64,000 nt of DNA from an uncultured Gemmatimonadaceae bacterium (GTDB taxonomy: Bacteria > Gemmatimonadota > Gemmatimonadetes > Gemmatimonadales > Gemmatimonadaceae): contig CAWFQK010000004.1 of NCBI GenBank assembly GCA_963817955.1, positions 1,647,991 through 1,711,990 of the forward strand, read 5' to 3'. The notes under the pieces are model-generated. The model was not told the origin of the DNA and made no database searches. It saw only the letters and a program-made list of their open reading frames with translations. Made by a program: the position numbers and the translations under genes. Positions 19,571 through 29,601 of the stretch are shown one piece after another. The stretch's first letter is position 1. Each line of letters starts with the position of its first letter.

Positions 19571-22087
19571 TCAATCGGCGCGCAGCGCCACGACTGGGTC
19601 GACGCTCGACGCCCGCCGCGCGGGAACCCAGCTCGCGGCAAGGGTGGCGAGACCAAGCAGCCCGACAATCGCGCAGTACGTGACCGGGTCCGTTGGAGAG
19701 AGATCGAAGAGCAAACCCTGCAAGACACGCGTGCACGCGAGGGCGCCGGCGAGTCCGAGTATCACACCGACCGATACCAGCGTGACTCCCTCGCTCACGA
19801 CGAGACGCCGCACGCTGTGCTGGTCGGCGCCAAGCGCCATGCGAATCCCTATCTCGCGGGTCCGCGCCGTGACGACGAGGGCCATCACGCCATAGATCCC
19901 GACGACGGCGAGCGAGAGCGCTGTCGCGGCGAAGAGACCGAGCAGCACAGCGCTGAACCGCGCTTGGGCCGTGGCGCCCGCAACCAGCGCCGTCATTGGT
20001 TGGATGTCGTAGACGGGATACTGTGGCGCCAACTCGGCGATCGCGCGCCGAGCACTCGCGGCCAGGGCGACCGGGTCACCGCCGACGCGGACGAAGATCA
20101 TCATTTGCGAGGCTGGGGACTGTGCATACGGGAGGTAGACTTCAGGCTTCGCCAGCGAATCGATGAACTGTCGTACATCGCCTACGATGCCGATCACTTG
20201 CGCCTGCGCGCCGTTGATGCCGACGCGCTTCCCGAGTGGATTCTCGCTCGGCCAGAAGGCGCGCGCCGCGGCTTCGTTGATCAGCGCGACGTTCGGGGCG
20301 CCGGCTCGGTCCGTACTCGCAAAAAACCGTCCGCGCTCGAGCGGAGTTAGTACGGTCGCAAACCACGTTGGCGTGGCCCAACTCACACGAACGCCCTGCC
20401 TGGGCGCACCGTCGACTCTGGCTCGGTCGGGGAATTCGATAGGCGTACGGAAGCACCCGCCCCCGAGCGGCGGACAACTGTTGAGAGATGCGTCAACAAC
20501 CCCGGGGAGCGCACGCAGTCGATCGAGCAACTCAGTATAGAACGCGGGCATCGATTGCTGTTCGCCACCGGAAGGAATCGTCAGGCGCAACGTGAGCACG
20601 TGCTCGGCGCGGAAGCCGCGGTCGACCGTCATCAGCTTGCCAAAGCTACGGATCAGGAGGCCCGATCCGGCCAGCAGAATCATTGCCAGCGCAACCTCGA
20701 CGACGACGAGCATGCGTCGGCCGCGGGCGCCGCGTTGCCGTACGTCGCTGTCGCCGGACATGGCTTTCATGTTCTCTGATACCGACGCTCCCGTCGCCTG
20801 CATCGCGGGAACGAGTCCGAATACAATGCCCACGACCAATGTGATCGCCAGGCTGAAGGTCAACGCGGTCCAGTCGACGTGAACTCCCGAAAACGTTACG
20901 GCGCCAAGCCCGTTCAACGTGTCGTTGCCCCTCGAAGCCATCACGTCCGGATCGACAGTGCTGAGAGCACGCGCGCCGATCCAGGCAACGGCGATTCCCG
21001 CGACGCCCCCGAGTACGGCCAGCAGGATGCTCTCCGTGAGCAATAGACGGACGATGCGCCGCCGCGTGCCGCCGAGCGCGAGACGGACGGCAATTTCGCG
21101 ACGGCGCAGGCTCGACCGCCCCAGCAAGAGATTGGCAACGTTGACGCAGGCGATGAGCAGCACACACGCGACGGCACCAAACACAACGAGGAGCGCTCGG
21201 CGAATGATCGGGGACACGCGAATGTCATCCAGCGGTCGTGCGGTGGCGCCCCAGTGGCTACCGTCCGAGTCCTGTTCGTTGAACGCATCGCGCACACGCA
21301 CGCCGAGCAGCTTGACCGCGGTAACCGCCGCGGCGACGCCGATGCCGGGCTTCCGCCGCGCCACCATGAAGAACTCGTGCGATTGCGACTCGCCCAGCTC
21401 GTCCGCGGTACGGGTGGTGATCGGAATGAACACATCGGCTTGTCCACTCAGCCCGCGAAAGTCGCGGGGCGCGACGCCCACAACCGCATACTGCTTGCGA
21501 TCGCCGGCGCCGTTCCTCCACGAGGCGCCAAGGTCCGAGACGTCGACCGTGTTGCCAACGATGCTCGGATCGCCGCCGTACCGCCGCTGCCACAATGAGT
21601 ACGAGATGATGACCTGACGCTCGGCATCGGCATGCGCATCGACGCTGGGATCGAAGTCATGGCCCCAGCTTGGCGCGAGACCGAGCGTGCGAAGGTAGCG
21701 ACCGCCGACGAACTCACCTTGGATCAGCTCGACCTAGCCGCTCGTGATGGTGAATTGTTGAGGCGTGTACAGCGAGATGTTGGAGAATACCGATTGCGCG
21801 TCTCGAAACACCGCGTACTTGGGATAGGACCACACCATGTCATCACGGGCCCTGATACCGCCCTGCGCCGGCGATGTGAGGGACACCGTCATGAGCTGCT
21901 CGGGTGTGGCATACGGCAAGCGCCGCAGCAAGAGTGCATTCACAGCGCTGAAGATCGCCGTGGTCCCGCCGATGCCGATGGCGAGCGTGAGCACGGCGAC
22001 CGCTGTGAATCCGGGCCGGCGCGCGAAGCCGCGCGCGGCGTAGCGGAGGTCCTGTATCAGAGTATCGAAATACTCGGTGACACGCAT
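19571..22087 (-). pseudogene. ADOP-type duplicated ABC permease interrupted by one in-frame TAG
   Basis: ORFs 21734..22087 and 19571..21595 share a frame; ..FTITSG*VELIQGEFVGGRYLRTLG.. reads through TAG at 21734-21736. Confidence 0.85.
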
Positions 22088-22233
22088 CGGTCTCTCCCGG
22101 TCTCATGCGAGGAAGTCGTTCCGCATCAAAATGGGTCCCGCGTCACGATCATGCCAAGAGTACGACACAAAGAGACCACGAACCAGGATTTTAGGGCGCC
22201 GCGCGGGGTCGAGCGTTCAACCAGGCGCAGCAT

Positions 22234-22293
22234 CTACGGAAACTACCGTTGACAGACGCCTTCGCGCTCCGTAGTCTACTGGAAAGGCCGTAG
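22234..22293 (+). promoter_or_regulatory. blaI-like promoter with two CTAC-N10-GTWG operators
   Basis: TTGACA 22249-22254, 17 bp, TAGTCT 22272-22277; CTAC-N10-GTTG 22234-22251 and CTAC-N10-GTAG 22276-22293. Confidence 0.6.
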
Positions 22294-22322
22294 CCCAATC
22301 ACCAGAATCCGACTACTACCAG

Positions 22323-22697
22323 ATGAGCGACATCTACTTCCCGCCGCGCGAGCTCGCCGTGATGAGCGTTCTCTGGCGACTCGGCTCCGCCACCGTTGCG
22401 GACGTGCGCGACGCACTCGAGGAAGACCTCGCGTATACCTCCGTTCTCTCGGCATTGCAGACGCTCGAAGAGAAGGATTATGTGCGCCACGAGGCCGAAG
22501 GCCGCGCGTATCGCTACTTCCCCACCGTGGAAGCCGAGCGTGCAGGCGGCAGCGCGCTCGCGAGGATCCGCGACGCCATCTTCCACGGCTCGGCGGAGCG
22601 CATGTTCGCGCAGATGGTCTCGGACAAGAAGCTCGGCCGCAAGGAGCTGGAGCAGATGCGCCGGCTGCTCGCCGAACGCCTCGGAGAGAGAAAGTGA
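22323..22697 (+). CDS. BlaI/MecI/CopY-family repressor
   Basis: RELAVMSVLWRLGSATVADV..LAYTSVLSALQTLEEKDYV..GRAYRYFP..FHGS. Confidence 0.92.
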   Translation: MSDIYFPPRELAVMSVLWRLGSATVADVRDALEEDLAYTSVLSALQTLEEKDYVRHEAEGRAYRYFPTVEAERAGGSALARIRDAIFHGSAERMFAQMVSDKKLGRKELEQMRRLLAERLGERK

Positions 22698-23718
22698 TCG
22701 GGCTCGTGGTGTACGGTTTGGCCGTCGCGCTGTTGATGATTGCCGGCGCGCGCGCCGCCGAGTGGCTCGTGCGCGGCGCGGGCCTGCCGGTTCGATGGGT
22801 GTGGGTCGGCGCGATGGTCGCCACACTCGCGTTGTCGTTCGCGGCCGTGAGCCGCGCCGTCCGCTCGACTGCCGCTCTGCCAACGTATGTCGTTGCCGAT
22901 GCTTCCGCACGGCAGGTGACCGAGAGTCTGACGCAGCCGACGCTGGGAAGCCGCCTCGCGGCGACCGTTCTCGCGGCGCAGCACTCGTTGAATGATGCAC
23001 TGGCGCGCGCGACGGCCATCGCACGGCGCGACCTGTCGCCGACAATCGTCAGCGCAGCGATCGCACTCTGGGTGCTCTCCGGCGTCATCCTGCTGATGAC
23101 CTTCGCCATGGTACAGCGCCGCATGCGCCGCGTGCGGGGCGCATGGCCGGTCGCCGATATCGCCGGTGCGCGGGTGCGTATCTCGCCGACGATCGGACCG
23201 CTGGTCGCCGGCGTGGTTCGTCCGGAGATTGTGGTCCCCCGTTGGCTGCTCGGCCGTGCAGCGAACGAGCAGCGGATGGCCATCACGCACGAGGCTGAGC
23301 ATGTGCGCGCGCAATCGCCCCGGCAGACATCGGCCGCCTCGAGGTCAACAAGAGCGCGGCGTCTGGTCACGACACGATTCGGATGTGGACGAAACGCGCT
23401 GCTGCGGCCGCTCAGATCGTCCCCGAGGGCGAGCGGCGCGTCGCTTACACCATCGACGGCAAGGCAGGCAGCGACACCGTGTGGCTGAACACGCCACGAA
23501 TGCCCTATCTCATAAAGGGGATACCGGCGATCGAGAACGCGCCCGTGATGTTCCTCGATGGCGTGCGCGTCAAGCCGACGGTCCTCCAATCGATCGATCG
23601 CACCCAGATCGAGAGCATCGACGTCGTCAAAGGCCCGTCCGCCGTGGAGCTCTATGGTCCGGATGCAGCGGCAGGCGCGATCGTCATTCGTACGAAGAAG
23701 GGCGCGAACAGGGATTGA
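22694..23718 (+). pseudogene. BlaR1-like M56 peptidase fused to a TonB-plug-like domain, internally deleted and out of frame
   Basis: GPLVAGVVRPEIVVPRW and HEAEH, then M56 similarity ends at about 23310; another frame gives VMFLDGV..IESIDVVKGPSAVELYG..GAIVIRTKKG*. Confidence 0.75.
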
Positions 23719-23750
23719 CGGCGCAGGCTCACAACGTCCACTTCGCCGGC

Positions 23751-24065
23751 ATGCGCCAGTTCATTATCGTCTTTCATCGCTGGGCCGGCCTCGTGGCGCT
23801 GGCGTTCATTGCGGTCGCCCGCTCCCGCTCGACACACTGATCGCCCACGCGCGCGCGGCAGTTCCCGGTCCGCCACCGATCAGCGTGTCACTCTCGCCCG
23901 CCGACGGCCGCGCGGACGTCGTACAAGCTGGGATCCATCAGATCTTGGTCGACCCGTAAACGGGACGTGTCTTCGGCCACCGTACGATGGCCGAGTGGAA
24001 CAACACGCTTCCGCGGCGCCTGCACGTGCCACCGGTCTGTTGATGTGGTGGAACGGGCGACGTTC
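23751..24065 (+). pseudogene. PepSY-associated TM protein relic
   Basis: MRQFIIVFHRWAGL, PLPLDTLIAHARAAVPG..ILVDP*TG and ATGLLMWW pieces spread over different frames. Confidence 0.65.
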
Positions 24066-24113
24066 GCACTCCGCGTTCAAGCGCGCCGCAGCGGGTCGCT
24101 CGGCGCAGATTAG

Positions 24114-24230
24114 CAGACTGTTGAAATGGTGCTGGACAGGAGTCAGATTAGGTCGCTCAGGATGACAAGCCACGATCTTCGCAGGCGCGTTTACCGATTG
24201 CTGGCGATTCACTCGTGGTTCTACAGTTTG
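24114..24230. mobile_element. MITE-like element (117 bp) with TTAG flanks
   Basis: CAGACTGTTGAA ... TTCTACAGTTTG (10/12 inverted), flanked by TTAG at 24110-24113 and 24231-24234. Confidence 0.55.
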
Positions 24231-24398
24231 TTAGGCGCGACGAGCAACCCGAGGCGGTTTCGGAACGCGCCGGATTCTCCCCAGTCATTGACATGTGCTA
24301 CTTACGACAAGATCAGCAATGACTTATGATAGATCGTGCAAATGAGCCACGGAGCCGAGGGTTTGCGTGGCCCCGCGCGAGTCTATAGGGTTTTCTGC

Positions 24399-25517
24399 AT
24401 GCAGCATACGTCGATATTCGCGGTCGCTTGCCTGCTGCTCGCAGCGGCGCCGGCTCGAGCCCAACTCAACGCGACTGTGTCACGAGACTCGGCGCGACTC
24501 ACCGGGACCGTGCGAGACGCGACCGGCGCGCCGCTCGCCGACGTTGAAGTGTTTATCGCCGGCGCAGCGCAGACCGTGCGCACGACGGGCACGGGAGGCT
24601 TCGCGCTCGCCGCCACCCCGGGCAATCTCGACGTGTGGTTCCGGCAAATCGGAAGCCAAACGGTTCGGTACCTGTGGGTAGCCCGGCTGGGGGAAGAAAC
24701 CCACATCGTCGTGACGCTTCAGGCGCTGCCCCACACGCTCGATCCGGTTGTGGTGCGTGAGCGTGAGGACAAGCGCTTTCGAGGTACGGCGACGGTCCGA
24801 GGCGTGGTCGTAGACTCGGGCGGAGTGCCGATCGAAGATGCCGAGGTGCAGGTGATCGGCGCACACGCTGACGGCGCGACACGCGCGAACGGCGGCTTCA
24901 TCTTCGACCGTCTCCCGTCGGGTTCGTTGCTGCTCCGTGTTCGGAAGTTCGGCTATGCTCCCAACGCACTCTCACTGCAGCTGGACGCCGGGGACGATCG
25001 CGAACTCGTGATTCGACTGCGACGTTTGCCGACCACACTCGACCCGGTAGTGGTCCAGGCCCAGAGCGGCTACAGCGCCGCGGAGGCAGCGTGGGACGAG
25101 TTTGAGCGCCGCCGCCGCTGGCGCTCAGCCGGCGATATGGTGCTGGGGCCTGCCGACCTACAGCGGTACGGTTCGCTCCCCCTGGACATCGCAACGAAGT
25201 ACATCTTGAATGGGGTGGAGGAACTGCCGAAGATGCGTCAGCAAGGCCGTGTGACGAGCTTCGGCCACGTCCACTCTCGTGGCGCGCCGCCACCCGCGGC
25301 GCTCAACGATGTGTGCATTCTCGAAAATGGCATCCACGCGCGATACCAACCGATCTCCGTGTACAGCGCGGACGACATCGAGATGCTCGAGGTGTACCCA
25401 ACGAACACGGAACTGTCAGGCACCGTCGCGGCACGAATGGACATGGTCCCGCGTTGCCGCTCGGACGGGTTGGCCCACCCAACCTACTATGTCGTTTGGC
25501 TCAAGGGCGCACGGTAA
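24399..25517 (+). CDS. secreted protein, two carboxypeptidase-regulatory-like domains plus degenerate plug-like tail
   Basis: Signal peptide (APARA-Q); LTGTVRDATGAPLADVEV and VRGVVVDSGGVPIEDAEV..VRKFGYAP; SADDIEMLEVY. ORF open from 24336. Confidence 0.75.
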   Translation: MQHTSIFAVACLLLAAAPARAQLNATVSRDSARLTGTVRDATGAPLADVEVFIAGAAQTVRTTGTGGFALAATPGNLDVWFRQIGSQTVRYLWVARLGEETHIVVTLQALPHTLDPVVVREREDKRFRGTATVRGVVVDSGGVPIEDAEVQVIGAHADGATRANGGFIFDRLPSGSLLLRVRKFGYAPNALSLQLDAGDDRELVIRLRRLPTTLDPVVVQAQSGYSAAEAAWDEFERRRRWRSAGDMVLGPADLQRYGSLPLDIATKYILNGVEELPKMRQQGRVTSFGHVHSRGAPPPAALNDVCILENGIHARYQPISVYSADDIEMLEVYPTNTELSGTVAARMDMVPRCRSDGLAHPTYYVVWLKGAR

Positions 25518-25724
25518 GAGAGGCGTGGAACGCGAATCAGCAAGGCGACCAGCCCTCACGACCCCGCCAGTTACGGGGCGCACAGTTGGCGACCGCGGGA
25601 TGGGCCACCAGGCCAACAAGCAGATCCCGCAGCGACCCCACGGTCCGCGCCTTGAACGGCTGGCGCCGTGTGCTGGTGAAGCGCGTGCCGTAGAATGTGC
25701 GTAAGAATACTGCGTACCGAACGG

Positions 25725-28182
25725 TCAGCGCACCGTGCCGACGCACGTGGCGGCCGTGTTCAATCCCACCAGTTTCGACAGCACCAGCAGGGCGTCCACC
25801 GCGGTCACGTCACCGTCACAGTTCGCGTCCCCGTTCGGATAACGAATCGCGCCGGCCGGCAGCGGCAATCCGACGACCGCCGAGAGGATCGCCTGCGCAT
25901 CGAGCGCCGACAGCGTGCTCGAGTTGGTGATGTTGCCCCGCAGCGCCGCCGTGCTGGTGCCCAGTGAGAAGACGCCCCGTCCGTACGTCCCTGCGATCAG
26001 GCGCCCGCGCGCGCCGTCGTAGACGAGATCGGTGATCGGCACGTTGGGCAGCGATGCGGCGAGCGGGGTCCAGGAGGTCGTCCCGAGCGGCAGTGCGAAC
26101 ACACCGACATCGGTCGCCACGTCGATCTCGCGACTGCCCCGTTGCATCACGATGCTGCTCACGGGTGCATTCGGGAGGTTGTACGAGATGTCGGTCCACG
26201 AGCCGCCGGTATTGACGGTCTTGAACACGTGTCCGGAGCCGTATCCGCTCACCGTGAGCCACGCCGTCTTGGGGTCGAGGGGATCGACCACGATCCGTGT
26301 GATGGCGCGGTACGGCAGTCCGCTGGTGATCGTGGTCCACGTGACGCCGAGATTCGTGGTGATGGCCACCGTGCCGTCGCCTGCTCCCGTGTAGATGGTG
26401 TTCGTATCGGCCGGCGAGATGGCGACGGTGGCGATGCCGCCCCCGCCCGAGGTGAGGTCGGGGCTGATCGCCGTCCAGGCGTCGCCGCGATTCGCGGAGC
26501 GGTACAGCCGGTACGTACCGTAATACAGCACGTTAGTGTTCAGCGGATCCATCAGGGTCGGCAGGATCCATTCGGACCGGTCGCCCGTGTTGATGCCACT
26601 ATTCTTGAATGACCAATAGCTGCTCCCCGGATCGCGCCGACCGACGCCGTGCGCGGCCGAACCCGAGGCGAACGTGAGGTACGCCGTGGTGCCAGCGCGG
26701 TCGTACAATGAGTATCCGCCATCGCCGCCCTGCACGGACGTCCATGCGGCCGCACCCGTCCACTCGGCCGTGCCGTTGTCCTGCGCGCCGCCGAGAATGC
26801 TCGACGGGTTCACCGGGTTCACTCCGATGCCGGCGTAGAACTGCGTGATGTTGAGATTGGTGTTGAGGTGCGTCCAGGTGACGCCGCCATCGACGGAGCG
26901 GTAGACGCCGCCGTCGTTGCCCGAATAGATGGTGGTCGGCGTTTGCGGATCGAAGGCGATCGCGTGGTGATCGACGTGGACAGTGCTCCCGCCCACGTCG
27001 GTGAACGTCGCGCCGGAGTTCGTGGACTTGTAGAACGAGAAACCGCCGAAGTAGATCGTCGTAGGTGTCGTGGGGTCCACGGCAAGGTACATGTCGTACC
27101 AGCATTGCGAGTTGCAACTCGCACCGGTCGCGGCGACGCTGTTCCACGTGGTGCCATTGTCCGGGCTCGTCCACACCCCGAGCAGTTTAGCGGTGTTGAC
27201 GTTCTCAACGGTGGCGTACAGCACGACGGGCGCCACCGCCGTCACGGCGAGGCTGATGCGCCCGACGTTGCTGGTGGGGAATCCGGCGAGGTGGCTCCAC
27301 GTGAGGCCGTTGTCAACGGACTTGAAACCCCGTTGCCAGCGCTGTTCGAGAGTAGATGCTTCCAACCGCCGCGTACAGCTCCCCCGCGTTCGGCGTGGCG
27401 ATGAGGTCGGTGATGGTGCCACTGAGCACCCGCGTCCACGTCGTGCCGCTGTCGGGCGACCGGTACACGCCCGTCGCGCTGGCCGCGAAGACGATCGTTG
27501 TGCTCGTCGAGCCGGCCGTCGCCCGGTCGACCAGCATCTTGCTGATGGTGGCCGAGTAACTGCTGGCCACGAAGATGCTGCCGCCGCGCTGGCTCCAGGT
27601 CGTGCCACCATCCGTGGACACTAGGATGCCACACCCCTGGTAGCCCCCGAGGTTGAAGTTCTCCTCACCGGTGCCGGCGTACACGATCTGCGGATTCACG
27701 GGATCGAGCGCCACGCTTCCCATGGCCAACCCGCATTCATTGTCCGTGAGCGGCGTCCACGACGTGCCGCCGTTCGTCGTCTTCCACACGCCGCCCGACG
27801 CCGCACCGATGTAAATGATCTGGGAGTTCGTCGGGTGAACCGCGATGCTGTTGATCCGGCCGGCGTAGTTCTGGCTCGCACTCACCGTGATCGGCGCCGG
27901 TCCAAGCGCGCTCCACGATTGCGACGACACGAACAACGAGAGCGATGCTGCGCTGCGCCCGCTGCGCGTCTGCGGCCACTGCACCTGCATTTGTGTCAGG
28001 GCTGCCTGAAGCGCGCCGTCGGGCACGCGATCGAGCGGGAAGGCGCGTTGCCCGTAGAAGGCATCGTAGCGCGCGCGCTGGTTGTCCTGCTGTGCGCCCA
28101 CGCGTGCGGGGATCGGGGCGAGCGCCAGCGCGCTGGCGAGCGTGCCGAGCCACATGCGGCGCACACCGTGAGCTGCGGTCAT
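25725..28182 (-). CDS. secreted BNR/Asp-box (VPS10/GH74-like) beta-propeller protein with C-terminal dockerin; frameshifted near 27325-27352
   Basis: About 10 S/T-x-D/N-x-G-x-T/S-W boxes across ORFs 27313..28212 and 25725..27611; HVDHHAI, GGAQDNG, GGDGG; tail GNITNSSTLSALDAQAIL..GDANCDGDVTAVDALLVL. ATG 28182 overlaps the upstream TGA. Confidence 0.8.
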
Positions 28183-29066
28183 CGTGGCGACTCCAGAGTT
28201 AGCGCGATGCAATTGCTCGTGCCCGCGATAGTGCGGACGCAGATGTCGAATTTGCCGGCGCCGATGCGTTGTGGCGGCACTTCTCCCTTGGCGGGGAATG
28301 CGTCAGGCAACAGGAAGCGCAACGTCTTGCCGTCGTCCGACCGCAGCTCGGCCATCGCCACGCCGCCGAACAACACCACGTTGCCCTCCGGTCGGAAGCC
28401 CGAGCCGTGGATGATGACCGGCACGAGACCGCCCGGAACGATCGTGGCGCGCGCCGGGTCCAGCCGGTCGACGCGGGGCACCCCCGGCGCATCGGGGGCG
28501 GCCGGAGTCACTGGCCGGTGCACCGTATCGCGCCGTTCACCGATCCCCACGACGTCGGTGTGTTCAACGAGCGTGGCACCGCTCGTCGAGTTCAACTCCA
28601 GGAGTCGCAGCGTCATCGTCCCCGGCGCGGCGCTCGCCGCCCTGCCGTGGACGGGCGCGAAGTCGAGCTGCAGCAACGACCCCGATGTGAATCCACCCGA
28701 CGCGGCGCCCGCGATGTCGGCGCGACCGGCGCGGGTGAGGTTCGCGACTTCAGCTCCCATGGGCGCGGGAACGAAGTGCACGGCGAGAACGAACGTCGAG
28801 TCGTATTCGATGGCGACGTGAAAGCTGCCGAGACGAACCCCGGGAGCGGGGTGCAGGCAGAGGCGCACCGTGCGCACCGTATCACGCACCGCTGCGGGCG
28901 CGAGATCCAGCGAGAGGCGTGACGCCGTGGACGCGGGATGAGCGGCCGCACAAGCGGGAGTGCCCTGCGCCATCGCGCCAGAGGCCGCCATGGCGGCGAG
29001 CATCACGCCGGCCCACCATGGACACACCTGCCGGACCGACGACGCCCGCTCGGCATCGGACGTCAC
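28179..29066 (-). CDS. secreted protein, cohesin-like domain plus IPT/TIG-like domain
   Basis: Signal-like AMA-Q; LGSFHVAIEYDSTFV..IAGAASGGFTSGSLLQLDF; PRVDRLDP..VIIHGSGF..NVVLFGG..LRFLLP..VRTIAGTSN. Confidence 0.65.
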   Translation of the reverse strand: MTSDAERASSVRQVCPWWAGVMLAAMAASGAMAQGTPACAAAHPASTASRLSLDLAPAAVRDTVRTVRLCLHPAPGVRLGSFHVAIEYDSTFVLAVHFVPAPMGAEVANLTRAGRADIAGAASGGFTSGSLLQLDFAPVHGRAASAAPGTMTLRLLELNSTSGATLVEHTDVVGIGERRDTVHRPVTPAAPDAPGVPRVDRLDPARATIVPGGLVPVIIHGSGFRPEGNVVLFGGVAMAELRSDDGKTLRFLLPDAFPAKGEVPPQRIGAGKFDICVRTIAGTSNCIALTLESPR

Positions 29067-29578
29067 CGCAAGCTACGGTCGAGGCGCAAGGCGGCGAGCG
29101 GCCGGAGCTTCGCGATGCGGCTCGTAAACCGGACCGTATTCAGCTCGCCGATCGTCAGCGCGAGTGTCGGCTTGGTGATCGCGACGCGCGCACGAAAGTG
29201 CAGAACGAACAGCCGGCTGTCGGGAATTCCAGTCGCACTGGCGCCGGCAATCACCACCACGCTGTCGAGCGCATTCACCGCTCGCATGACGCCAGGCACG
29301 GCATCGTCCGACACGAACTCGAGTTGGGCCGCGTCGTATCGCAGCCGCGCGACGAAGCTCGCTACCTGCTCGCCGCCGCCGGCCGCGTCGACATTGCCGC
29401 TCACGACCAGGCTGGCACCCGCCGGCAGCGCGCTGTCCGACACGACCACGTAACTCAGTCGCTCCGGTGTCGCGATCGCCGCGGACGCCTTCGGAGCGGT
29501 CGGTACGATGTCATCCCTGCACGCCGCACAGACCAGCGTCACGAGGAGCACTCGCCCGATCGTCGACATATGTGTCAT
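29063..29578 (-). CDS. lipoprotein with cohesin-like domain
   Basis: GGAGGGAGG RBS before ATG 29578 (alternative ATG 29605 overlaps the upstream stop); lipobox CAAC; VASFVARLRYDAAQLEFVS..IAGASATG..LFVLHFRA. Confidence 0.65.
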   Translation of the reverse strand: MTHMSTIGRVLLVTLVCAACRDDIVPTAPKASAAIATPERLSYVVVSDSALPAGASLVVSGNVDAAGGGEQVASFVARLRYDAAQLEFVSDDAVPGVMRAVNALDSVVVIAGASATGIPDSRLFVLHFRARVAITKPTLALTIGELNTVRFTSRIAKLRPLAALRLDRSLR

Positions 29579-29601
29579 GCCCTCCCTCCGTTCGCGTCTC
29601 A

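Noticed and set aside
22141..22160. sigma54 promoter for the interrupted permease (TGGCATGATCGTGAC)
   Set aside because: The -12 GC is missing.
18515..24240. Integron attC sites (ATCTAAC near 18517, GTTAGGC near 24230)
   Set aside because: No paired R''/R' boxes at cassette spacing and no integron integrase; the second is better explained as a MITE-like end.
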